A stretch of DNA of 64,000 nucleotides. It comes from a virus. The stretch covers positions 38,046 through 102,045 of IMG/VR virus record IMGVR_UViG_3300043112_000063; one strand, written 5' to 3'. Position numbers and translations under genes: made by a program. Below are positions 16,279 to 25,739 of this stretch, one piece after another. Every line of letters starts with the position of its first letter. Position 1 is the stretch's first letter. The notes under the pieces were generated by a model. That model was not told the DNA's origin. It saw nothing but the letters and a program-made list of their open reading frames with translations, and did no database searches.

Positions 16279-18853
16279 ATGAAAAGAGGAGTACTATTTG
16301 ATGGCTTTAAAACGCCAAAAGTAAAAGACAAAGAAAAGATAAAAAAGTTAGTCGCAAAAACTAAAAATCCAAAGTCAAGGAGAGGCTCTTCACGTAATTT
16401 AAGTATTGATGAGTGTGTAAAAAGAGTACGGGAATATTCACTTAGAGTTGCCGAAAGGTTGCCAGAGTACACTTTTGATTTAATTACGGACGAGGAGACA
16501 CTTAACAATTACTTGGAAGCCTCAATTGACAATGGAGTATTATCTTTAGATACCGAAACAACAGGACTTGATAAGGACGATAAAGTTGTCGGTATTTGTA
16601 TTTATACGCCAGGAATGAATCCATCATACGTACCATATAATCATCTTAATTACGAGTACAATGTAAACGTAAAGCCGTTTTTAGAAGAAGTTATGAAACT
16701 TAGTCAAGAGGAAAAGTTAATTGTACCTATGGCTAAGGCTACTTATGACCAACGAAAAATTAAAGACACATTTGAGATGGACGATTATATTCGTTGTTTG
16801 TGGGATGTTCAAATAGCTGGAAAGTTTTTAAATGAGAACTTAAGAAAATATGGTCTTAAAATATTGTGGGAATACTATGTTATGAAAACACCGTATGATA
16901 AGATAAAACCAGACGATTATAAAAGTTTGTTTGGTAGTCATAGTTTCGACGAGTTTAATCCAGAGGATGTAATTACATATCCTGCTTTAGACGGTTTGAT
17001 GACACATCAAGTTTACGAATTTCAGTATGAATATTTAGGAGAAAATGGTAAATACACAGATAAGGTTGGTCTTAGAAGTGCTGTTGAAACACACAAAATG
17101 TGGAGCAGACTTATTGAAGTCGTTTCTGGAATGATGGACAATGGTGTAAACATTGAAGATGAGGCTATACAAGAGTTAGGAGACTTACTACAAGCACAAG
17201 CACACGAAAAACATTTGGCTTTTGATAGTGCAGTAGACGATGTAGCAGAGGAATTCTTAACACCACTTATGAACAATGACCCAGAGTTATTTAGTAAAAT
17301 AGAAAGACCACTTAACCCAGCAAGTCCAGCACAACTATCAATTCTTTTTTATGATGCTATGCATTTACATCAATATAAAAAACGTAGTGTTGACGAATCT
17401 GTTGTTGAGAGGTTACTTAAAAAATATCCACAATACGCTAAAATGTTCAACGCTTTGATGGACTATAGAAAAGTACAAAAACTATTGAGTACTTATGTTG
17501 AAGGTTTACAAAAACGTAAAAATGAAAAAACTGGTAAAATACATACACACTTTAAAATATATGGTGCGAGAACAGGAAGATATTCTAGTTCGGACCCTAA
17601 CTTACAGAATATACCAGTTAGAACAGAACTTGGTAGACAAATAAGAAGAACTTTTGTTCCTAGTGAAGGACATTATTTTATAGGTTCCGATTATAGCCAA
17701 CAAGAACCACGCCTTCTTGCTTTTGCATCTGGGGATAAGAATATGATTAACGCTTACCTTAGCGGAAAAGATATTTATGCAACAACTGCAGCCTTAGTTT
17801 ATAATGTACCTTACGAGCATTGTTTAGAATCTTACGGTAAAGAGGGTAAAAAGCGCCGTACAAGTATGAAGTCAGTAATACTTGGTATAATGTACTATAG
17901 AGGAGCAAACAGTATAGCGGAGGAATTAGGTATCTCTCCAGGAGCGGCAAAAAGTATTATAAGTAAGTTTTATCAGAATTTTCCTACTATTAAACAGTAC
18001 GTAGATGACTCTATAAACTTCTGCTATAAAAATGGTTATGTTAAGACCGTTTGGGGAAGAAAAATACGAATACCTGAATTACAATTACCACCTTACGAAT
18101 ACACAAGTAAACTTAAATTAGATGCTGAAACAAAACAACAGATTGAAGCTGATTTATCTAATATTTGGAATAGGGATAAAAAACGTGAACGAATTAGTTG
18201 GTATAAGAAAAACTATGGTATTAAGATTAAAGATAATACAGGAAGAATTCATGCGGCAAAAAGACAAGTTGTAAATAGTATTATTCAGGGTAATTGTATT
18301 GCCCTTACATATTGAACCCTATTACTCGGGGGTGTCGTAACAATAACAAAAAATAAGTTACGGCTAACGGGGAAGCTTAAGTCGAAAGATATGGTAATCC
18401 CGTGCTAAGATTTTAATTGAAAAAGTTAACCTCTTGACATTTAGTTATATTAGAATAAAGTGTAACGACTATTCCCGTTGTTGGGAAGTACAGCCGAGGA
18501 TGAGTTACGGTTGGAAGAGGTATGAGACACACAAGTGTCTAAGAGATAGTCTGTGCTTATAGAAATATAAGAATAACACGAGTGCTGCAGATATGATTAA
18601 TGAAGCATTGGTTATGGTTGGTACTAACAAAAGATTTAAAGAACTTGGTGGAAAACTTCTTATTACTGTTCACGATGAAATTATTGGAGAAGCACCAAAA
18701 GAAACAGCTGAAGAAGCGTTACAACTTATGATTAGATTAATGATAGAAGCTTCGGCCAAAAAAGTATCTGTACCGATGAAATGTGACGGAGAGATACTAG
18801 AAAGATGGTCGGGAGAAAATATAAGGGATAGGATTGCTAATGAACAAACATAA
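16279..18853 (+). CDS. polA: Family A DNA polymerase; exons 16279-18291 and 18581-18853 (761 aa spliced)
   Basis: DTETTG exo I, TGRYSSSDPNLQNIP, DYSQQEPR, splicing restores NSIIQG|SAAD, TVHDE. Confidence 0.95.
18292..18580 (+). mobile_element. Group I intron (289 nt, no ORF) in polA
   Basis: 5' exon ends U pairing with GCCCT (P1 G-U); P7 GACTATT/GATAGTC; terminal G; reading frame restored. Confidence 0.93.
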
Positions 18854-19130
18854 TAAAGTAATTAAAAAGATTAAAAGTTTACATAAATTAGTTACTCCTA
18901 CTTTTAGAGAATACGAAACAGAACTTAAAACCTTTATTAGTCGGTATGGATATGATGCGGACACATTTAAAATAATGGATACTATGTGGCACATAATTGT
19001 TTATGAAAAAGAAACACGGACATTATGTGCCGTCATTAAAGTTGGCTTTAGAGGTAAGGAACATTGTACGACGTATAATGTTAAATTGTATATGAAGGAG
19101 AAGACTATTGAAAAAGATTTTATTGTATAG
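18834..19130 (+). CDS. Hypothetical protein between polA and queC
   Basis: Overlaps both neighbours in operon. Confidence 0.65.
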   Translation: MLMNKHNKVIKKIKSLHKLVTPTFREYETELKTFISRYGYDADTFKIMDTMWHIIVYEKETRTLCAVIKVGFRGKEHCTTYNVKLYMKEKTIEKDFIV

Positions 19131-19842
19131 TGGCGGACTCGATTCTTGGCTAATTAATAAAATATGGAAACCAGATATTAAGATATATGTTGATATTAAT
19201 GGTGCATATAGTAAAGAAGAGATTTCAAAGCTGCCAGAAGATGTAATTGTAGAAAAATTAGATTTAGGAAAATGGGAGCTACCTAATAAAATAATCCCAA
19301 TGAGAAACTTATATTTCTTAATGGTAGCAAGCAATTACGCTAAAGACGACAAGTACGAACAGTACGAAATATGTCTAGGGGCAACAGCTGGAGACCGTGT
19401 ACTTGATAAAAGCGTTGAATTTGCAGATAAAGTAACTGATTTATTCAACTATTTATACCAAGAACAATGGTGGACTAAACAAAAACACTTTAGAATAAAT
19501 CTCGATTTTAAAGATTACACAAAAGGAGATTTATTAGAACAATACTTAACTATGAACGGTACTTTAGAAGAGGCTTGGGAAAGTAGTTTTAGTTGTTATA
19601 ATCCACAAGAAGACGGTACAGAATGCTGGTCTTGTAAACCTTGTTTCCGTAAGTTTGTTACATTTTATATGGAAGGTATGACATTCGATAAGGAAAAAGA
19701 AGTTCGTATTTTAAACTACTTAGAAAAAAATATCATTCCAAAAATAAAAAGTGGTTCTTATGGACGTGGAAAAAAAGAAGAAGGAGATATTGTGACTGTT
19801 TACGAACACTTACGTTCTAAGTATCACAATATAAAAGCGTAA
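19108..19842 (+). CDS. queC: 7-cyano-7-deazaguanine synthase
   Basis: YSGGLDS PP-loop, IPMRN, SCY...CWSCKPC zinc site. Confidence 0.9.
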   Translation: MKKILLYSGGLDSWLINKIWKPDIKIYVDINGAYSKEEISKLPEDVIVEKLDLGKWELPNKIIPMRNLYFLMVASNYAKDDKYEQYEICLGATAGDRVLDKSVEFADKVTDLFNYLYQEQWWTKQKHFRINLDFKDYTKGDLLEQYLTMNGTLEEAWESSFSCYNPQEDGTECWSCKPCFRKFVTFYMEGMTFDKEKEVRILNYLEKNIIPKIKSGSYGRGKKEEGDIVTVYEHLRSKYHNIKA

Positions 19843-20744
19843 TGGGAAAGTTTAATACCTACTATGCCGGGATACAGTGTCCTGAGGCCGACGAGTATAT
19901 AAACGAGCACGGCTTATTAAGGTTATTAAGTTATTGGAATGATAAAAAAATGTTTGAAAAAAGATGCAAAGAAGGTCTAAAAACATTTTTAGATAGTGGT
20001 GCGTTTACAGCGTGGACTAAGAACACAGAAGTTGATATTGATGAGTATATTGAATATGTTAATAAGTGGGACGATGGAATAGACCATTTTATTCAGGTCG
20101 ATGAAATTCCAGGAAAAAAAGGATACACACCAACACCAAAAGAAAGACTAGCGTCTAACCAAGTTACTTGGAATAATTATCTTTATATGAGAGAACGTGT
20201 AAAAAGTCCTGACAAATTAGTTCCTGTTTTTCACGCTGGTTCAGATATTAATATACTAAGAAGATTACTTGAGTTCGAACCAAAAATAGACATGATTGCT
20301 ATTGGTAACATTGTTGGAAAAACAAAAGCGGAAAAAGAAGCTAAGTTAGAAGTTATATTTAATGAAATAACTAGAAGTAGTAACCCAGATGTTAAGATAC
20401 ACGCATTGGGAGTTCAAGATTTTAAATTAAGTGAAAAGTTTCCTCTTTATAGTGCCGATGCAAGTAGTTGGATAATGGTTAGCGCAAACGGTGGAATAAT
20501 GAGTGAGTTTGGACCTATATTAGTAAGTGAGAAAAGTACGGAAAAGAAAAACCACTATGAAAACCAATCACCGCCAGTCAAAGAAAAAATAGATGAGTTC
20601 ATTTCTAAATATGGTTACACATACGAAGAGTTAAGTAAGGACTATAAGAAAAGAACCTTATTTAATATTAAGTGGTTGGACGAAAGAAGTAAAAACTATG
20701 TTTGCAAGTATCACTTACGTAAAAAGAAAAACACACTATTTTAG
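19842..20744 (+). CDS. dpdA: DpdA-like DNA 7-deazaguanine transglycosylase (TGT fold)
   Basis: LDSGAF, DEIPG, PVFH, KIHALG, SADASSW; clustered with que genes and polymerase. Confidence 0.85.
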   Translation: MGKFNTYYAGIQCPEADEYINEHGLLRLLSYWNDKKMFEKRCKEGLKTFLDSGAFTAWTKNTEVDIDEYIEYVNKWDDGIDHFIQVDEIPGKKGYTPTPKERLASNQVTWNNYLYMRERVKSPDKLVPVFHAGSDINILRRLLEFEPKIDMIAIGNIVGKTKAEKEAKLEVIFNEITRSSNPDVKIHALGVQDFKLSEKFPLYSADASSWIMVSANGGIMSEFGPILVSEKSTEKKNHYENQSPPVKEKIDEFISKYGYTYEELSKDYKKRTLFNIKWLDERSKNYVCKYHLRKKKNTLF

Positions 20745-20753
20745 GAGGAAAAG

Positions 20754-21830
20754 ATGCAGGAATTTACAATAGGAACGGTTGCTTTAGCAACCATAGTTAA
20801 AAGAGTATCAAAGGGTTTGGTTAAGAATAAGTTCTTGCCTTACTCTGGATATATTATGATTAAAGGAACAGAAGAAGAATTAAGTTTTATTGTTAATGAC
20901 GGAAGTAATGTATTTGTTCATAAAATTATAAAGGATTATGGTATTACAGAAGAGTTTAATGTTAGTGTCGACGGAGAAAGATTACTACAACTAGTTAGTA
21001 AACTACAAGAAGACAAAACAAAAATTAAAGTAGACGAAAAATTAGTTACTTTATACTGTGGCGGAACATATTCGTTCCAAATAGAAACCGAATTAGTACC
21101 ATATTCAACATTTGACGAACTTATGGAAGTAGAGGAAGGCGCTACACGAGAGGATATACCTACTATGGTACTACCTCCAATAAATAAGTTTGTTACAGCG
21201 CAAGCTGGTTTAAGTAAACTGGTTGTTGACACACGTTTAATGGGGTATTTAGTAGACGATAAGGTAATTAACACCACAAACAGCTCTAAACTAAGTTGTG
21301 TAGAAACAGAAAAAGAAACAGACGATTCTTTTTATTTAACAACAAGAATGGTTGACTTATATGGAACATTTACAGACGAGGAAGCAAATATTTATTGTAA
21401 CAATGGAATTAACATTATTAAAACTCCAACAAAGTTAATTTATGGTCCTGTTCAGCCTGGACACGATACATTCCCAGCTATTGCTGGTGTATTAGCAACA
21501 GAGTTTGAACATACATTAGTTATAAACCAAAACGATTTGTTATCTGCTTTAGAAAGGTTACAAGTATTTAATGAAATCACTGTTTATTTTAATGTTAAAG
21601 ATGGAGAAATTACGTTATCTTTAAATCCAAAAAAGAAAACGTTTGAACCTATTGGAACAACAGATGATACAGAACTAGAATACAGTAAACAATTTGATGC
21701 CGGAGATTTGAAAGAGTTGGTAGGTAAACACCAAGAAGATATTACTGTTCATTTTGGTAGCGATGATTTAGAAGCTATAAAATTAACTTCAGATGGATTG
21801 ACACAATTATTAGCAAGTATGGAGGACTAA
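20754..21830 (+). CDS. dnaN: Beta sliding clamp-like protein
   Basis: 358 aa, acidic, three-domain pattern (TTNSSKLS, FPAIAGVL, LLSALERL, ITVHFG); loader subunits present in window. Confidence 0.75.
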   Translation: MQEFTIGTVALATIVKRVSKGLVKNKFLPYSGYIMIKGTEEELSFIVNDGSNVFVHKIIKDYGITEEFNVSVDGERLLQLVSKLQEDKTKIKVDEKLVTLYCGGTYSFQIETELVPYSTFDELMEVEEGATREDIPTMVLPPINKFVTAQAGLSKLVVDTRLMGYLVDDKVINTTNSSKLSCVETEKETDDSFYLTTRMVDLYGTFTDEEANIYCNNGINIIKTPTKLIYGPVQPGHDTFPAIAGVLATEFEHTLVINQNDLLSALERLQVFNEITVYFNVKDGEITLSLNPKKKTFEPIGTTDDTELEYSKQFDAGDLKELVGKHQEDITVHFGSDDLEAIKLTSDGLTQLLASMED

Positions 21831-21831
21831 A

Positions 21832-22677
21832 ATGGGATTAAAAGATTTAGCAAAGAAAATTGTATTATCGCAGTCAGAAAAAACACTTGGTCAAGAATTT
21901 GAAATGTACTATTATAAAACGGTGCTTTTACAACACCCACCAAGAGAACCAAAAGTAGATATGTTTAGTCCCAGCTCATTAAATAAATGTAGTAGAGAGA
22001 TTTATTATATGATTAATGGTATTAAACCAGAACCAAATCTTAGTACACCAGAACATTTATTAGGTAGTTGGGCTGCAATTACTGATGCGGGAACAGATAG
22101 ACACGAAAGAATACAAACAACGTTAACAGAGATGAAAAAGACAGGTTTAGATATTGAATGGATAGACGTAGAGGAATACGTTAAGGAACATAAACCAGTT
22201 GGAACATCTGTTATTGAAAAAAGTGGTATGGAAACTAAACTATTTTCTGAATTACTATCTGCTAGATTTCTTTGTGATGGAATAGTAAAATTAAAAGGTA
22301 AGTTTTATATTATTGAAATTAAAACTATGAATAGTAGAAAGTACGCTATTGCCGAAAATAAGAACTCTATGTTACCAGAACACTTAATGCAGGCAGCTGC
22401 TTACAGTACGGCATTAGGTATAGATGATGTGTTGTATATCTACGAAAATAGGGAAAATAACCAGATACGTGTTTATGAGAGACACGTTAGAGAAGAACAC
22501 AAAAAAGCCGTTCTAAATAAGATTTTTGCAATTCAATCTTATAAAGAAAAAGGTGCAGTACCACCTAAATGTACTGACGATAAAAGATGTATGTATTGTA
22601 GTTATAAACAAAGATGTCAAGAAGATGGTTATACACCCAATTTATTTCCCGATTTGAAGATTGATATAGATGAATAG
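21832..22677 (+). CDS. Cas4-like PD-(D/E)XK exonuclease
   Basis: SPSSLNKC, GTDRH, CDG...EIKT, QAAAY, C-terminal CMYC..C. Confidence 0.85.
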   Translation: MGLKDLAKKIVLSQSEKTLGQEFEMYYYKTVLLQHPPREPKVDMFSPSSLNKCSREIYYMINGIKPEPNLSTPEHLLGSWAAITDAGTDRHERIQTTLTEMKKTGLDIEWIDVEEYVKEHKPVGTSVIEKSGMETKLFSELLSARFLCDGIVKLKGKFYIIEIKTMNSRKYAIAENKNSMLPEHLMQAAAYSTALGIDDVLYIYENRENNQIRVYERHVREEHKKAVLNKIFAIQSYKEKGAVPPKCTDDKRCMYCSYKQRCQEDGYTPNLFPDLKIDIDE

Positions 22678-23152
22678 TGGAAAATTATTTGAAGAGGACT
22701 TTAGACTATCGTGTAAGGATGAAGTAGCCATAACAAGATTATATGATGCCGTTGGGGGAATGAGTGGCGTTAAAAATATATGTGATTTTATTATTGGTTA
22801 CTTCCCTTATACATTTTACTTAGAATTAAAATCTACAAGCACGGGAACATTACCACTAAGAAACATTAGTGATAATCAGTATAAAGGACTTTTACAAATG
22901 TCTCAGTATAAAAATCAAGTGTGTGGTCTATTAATTAAGTACGCTAAGTTCGGGGAACATTATTTTGTACCGATTGAAGAAGTAAAACGTCTTAAATACA
23001 GCGATTTAAAATCAATATCTAGAGCACATATAAAAGCGGGAAAAGTTAAACACGTAGATTTTTGGTCTAGCATTAGACGAACAAGATTTGATTATAATTT
23101 TCATAAGTTTGTAAAAGAATACAATAAGGTTATGGTGAATAAAGATGGCTAA
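22670..23152 (+). CDS. recU: RecU-like Holliday junction resolvase
   Basis: NSGKLFE, CDF, ELKST, NISDNQ. Confidence 0.8.
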   Translation: MNSGKLFEEDFRLSCKDEVAITRLYDAVGGMSGVKNICDFIIGYFPYTFYLELKSTSTGTLPLRNISDNQYKGLLQMSQYKNQVCGLLIKYAKFGEHYFVPIEEVKRLKYSDLKSISRAHIKAGKVKHVDFWSSIRRTRFDYNFHKFVKEYNKVMVNKDG

Positions 23153-23615
23153 TACGTATAATTTAGACCCTATATCAATACAATTATATGATACACAAAA
23201 GTTAACCGACATAATTATAGAATTAAGTAAAGAAGCCGCAGCACTTGTTTCTGATAACAGTATAGAGTTAGCAAACAAAGTAGTTATTCTTAGTGATGTA
23301 CAAACAATTATTGTAGAGTTACTTAGTAGGTATGAACTTAATTACGAAAATGCTAAGTTAAAAGCTGATGCAAAACAAGCAGTTGCTGCAAAGAAACATA
23401 GAGAAGATTGGGAAGCCGAACATCCTGGAGAAGGTAAGTTTCCAGCAAGTAAATATTTTGAGGACTTAGCCAAAGACGATACATTAGAATTGTGGACGGA
23501 TGTAAACGAAAGTAAAACTATGATGTCTAAGTTTAAAGGTTTTAGAAATAACTACGAAACAAAAATTAATGCACTCAAAAAACTACTGTCTTCTTTAGAA
23601 GCAATTAGATATTAG
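23145..23615 (+). CDS. Helical hypothetical protein upstream of recA
   Basis: Coiled-coil-like; operonic. Confidence 0.7.
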   Translation: MANTYNLDPISIQLYDTQKLTDIIIELSKEAAALVSDNSIELANKVVILSDVQTIIVELLSRYELNYENAKLKADAKQAVAAKKHREDWEAEHPGEGKFPASKYFEDLAKDDTLELWTDVNESKTMMSKFKGFRNNYETKINALKKLLSSLEAIRY

Positions 23616-23623
23616 GAGGAAAG

Positions 23624-24625
23624 ATGGCTAAAAAAGATAAAGAACATATACAAGAAACACTTAAAGACATCAATAAGAGATTTGGTGAAGGAAGTGCTAT
23701 GGTATTGGGAGACGGTAAATCTCTTGATGTAGAAAGGATATCTTCCGGAAGTTTAAATATAGACCGAATAACTGGTGGCGGATTGCCTATGGGAAGAGTA
23801 ATTGAAATATATGGACCAGAGTCTAGTGGTAAAACAACACTAACACTTCACGCAATAGTAGAGGCTCAAAAAGCCTACCCAGATATGTACGCAGCATTCA
23901 TTGACGCAGAACACGCATTAGACCCTAAATATGCTAAGTCCATAGGTGTAGATTTTGAAAGGTTAATTATTACACAGCCGGATAGTGGAGAACAAGCACT
24001 TGAAATTGCCGAGGCTTACATTAGAAGTGGCGATGTTAGTATTGTTGTTATTGATAGTGTAGACGCACTTACACCAGAAGCAACTTTACGTGGAGAAATG
24101 GGCGATACAAATATTGCTAGATTGGCTAGATTAATGTCTCAAGGCTTACGTAAATTAACGGCTGCAATTAACAGAACGAAAACATTGGTTGTCTTTGTTA
24201 ATCAAGTAAGGGAAAAAGTTGGTGTTATGTTTGGAAACCCAGAAACAACGCCAGGAGGAAGAGCCCTTAAATTCTATGCTACACAAAGACTTAGAATACA
24301 GAAACAGAATGACCCTAAAAATAAACTTGACAAACAAGGAGAAAAAGTTTCTGCTAAAGTCAAATGTATTAAAAACAAAGTTTCTAGACCATTTTTGGAG
24401 ACTTTTATTACGATTGAGTTTGGTAAAGGAATTAATGTGGTTGGAGAAGTTTTAGATTTAGCGATAGAATACGGAATTGTCGAAAGAAAAGGTTCTTGGT
24501 TTAGTTTAAATGGAGATAATATAGCCCAAGGACGCTCTTCTGTAATAGAACTTTTAGAAGAAGATAGTAAGTTGTACGACTACTTGCACAAGGAAGTTGA
24601 AAAACACATAAACAAACAGGAATAA
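23624..24625 (+). CDS. recA: RecA recombinase
   Basis: GPESSGKTT, FIDAEHALD, VIDSV, GGRALKFYA. Confidence 0.98.
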   Translation: MAKKDKEHIQETLKDINKRFGEGSAMVLGDGKSLDVERISSGSLNIDRITGGGLPMGRVIEIYGPESSGKTTLTLHAIVEAQKAYPDMYAAFIDAEHALDPKYAKSIGVDFERLIITQPDSGEQALEIAEAYIRSGDVSIVVIDSVDALTPEATLRGEMGDTNIARLARLMSQGLRKLTAAINRTKTLVVFVNQVREKVGVMFGNPETTPGGRALKFYATQRLRIQKQNDPKNKLDKQGEKVSAKVKCIKNKVSRPFLETFITIEFGKGINVVGEVLDLAIEYGIVERKGSWFSLNGDNIAQGRSSVIELLEEDSKLYDYLHKEVEKHINKQE

Positions 24626-24727
24626 AGTAAATTATACCCTATACATTAACTGTAAAATATGGTATAATATAGGTATGTTAGGCGCTTTTTGGTTTAACAA
24701 ATACTTAAATACGAAAAGGAGAATTAG

Positions 24728-25396
24728 ATGGAACAACAGGACATGAATATGGCGACATTTAGCCCACAACCGCAAGTAGATGAGGACGGCTCAGTAATAC
24801 TATTTTTATATGGAGGATTAACCGCCGAGTCTTCAAGTAAATTAATTAGTGAAATACTTGCATATGGTAATGCACCAAACATACAACTAAGAATTAAGAC
24901 AAACGGTGGAGATATGGACGAGGCATTTGCGTTGTGGGATATTATACAAGAATATAATATTAACACACATTTAGATGGATTTGGATTTAGTGGTGGCTTT
25001 ATTGTTTTCTTAGCGGGAATCAATAGGACAATGGGTAAAAACGCTAAAATTATGCACCACGAGATGAGATACCAACATAGTGGTACACTAACAAACCACC
25101 AACAATCAGCACAAGAATTTAGAAGAAGACAAGATAAAATTGACGAACTTATTATGAGTAAAATAAATATTAGAAAAGATGCTTTAGAGGAATGGTACGA
25201 AAGAAGTGGAGATTGGTATATTGATTATGATTTAGCAGTTTCTCTTGGTATTGTTACTCATGTTTTACAAATAGAAACACACAACGAAATGGTTGAAATA
25301 GACGGTATTGAAATGGAGATGCCTGTACGTTACTCAGAATATGTTCCTGTGGAGGATGTATATGCAGTACACAAAAACGAGTCAGTTGAAGAGTAA
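24728..25396 (+). CDS. ClpP-like serine protease
   Basis: IKTNGG, GFGFSGG (Ser), IMHH (His), DWYIDYDLAVSLGIV (Asp); own promoter at 24640. Confidence 0.8.
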   Translation: MEQQDMNMATFSPQPQVDEDGSVILFLYGGLTAESSSKLISEILAYGNAPNIQLRIKTNGGDMDEAFALWDIIQEYNINTHLDGFGFSGGFIVFLAGINRTMGKNAKIMHHEMRYQHSGTLTNHQQSAQEFRRRQDKIDELIMSKINIRKDALEEWYERSGDWYIDYDLAVSLGIVTHVLQIETHNEMVEIDGIEMEMPVRYSEYVPVEDVYAVHKNESVEE

Positions 25397-25739
25397 ACGG
25401 AGAAAAAAGAAACAAAAAGATTTAGGTAAAATAACTGATGCAGTATATAAAAAAGTATTTAATAGGGACAAAAGACGTTGCGTTGTTTGTGGTGGTACTC
25501 GTGGATTAGAGTGTCATCACATTGTTCCGAGAAGTCGAGGGGGTATTGGAGAGCCTAGTAACTTGTGTATGTTATGTAAAGATTGTCATTATAACAAACT
25601 ACACGGACAAGGAGACTACGATACGAAGTCACAAGTTTTTAGGTATATGATTAAACTTGGATATAGTAAGTACTCTAATGATTTAGAAATACTAACCAAG
25701 AAACACAATCAATTGAGTACTGGGAGGAATAGTAAATGA
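25362..25739 (+). CDS. HNH endonuclease
   Basis: RD..CVVC, HHIVPRSRGG, NLCMLCKDCH; start moved to ATG after GGAGG. Confidence 0.85.
   Translation: MQYTKTSQLKSKRRKKKQKDLGKITDAVYKKVFNRDKRRCVVCGGTRGLECHHIVPRSRGGIGEPSNLCMLCKDCHYNKLHGQGDYDTKSQVFRYMIKLGYSKYSNDLEILTKKHNQLSTGRNSK

Noticed and set aside
24728-25396. ClpP-like gene as a prohead protease
   Set aside because: No portal or capsid genes nearby; it has a replication-class promoter after recA
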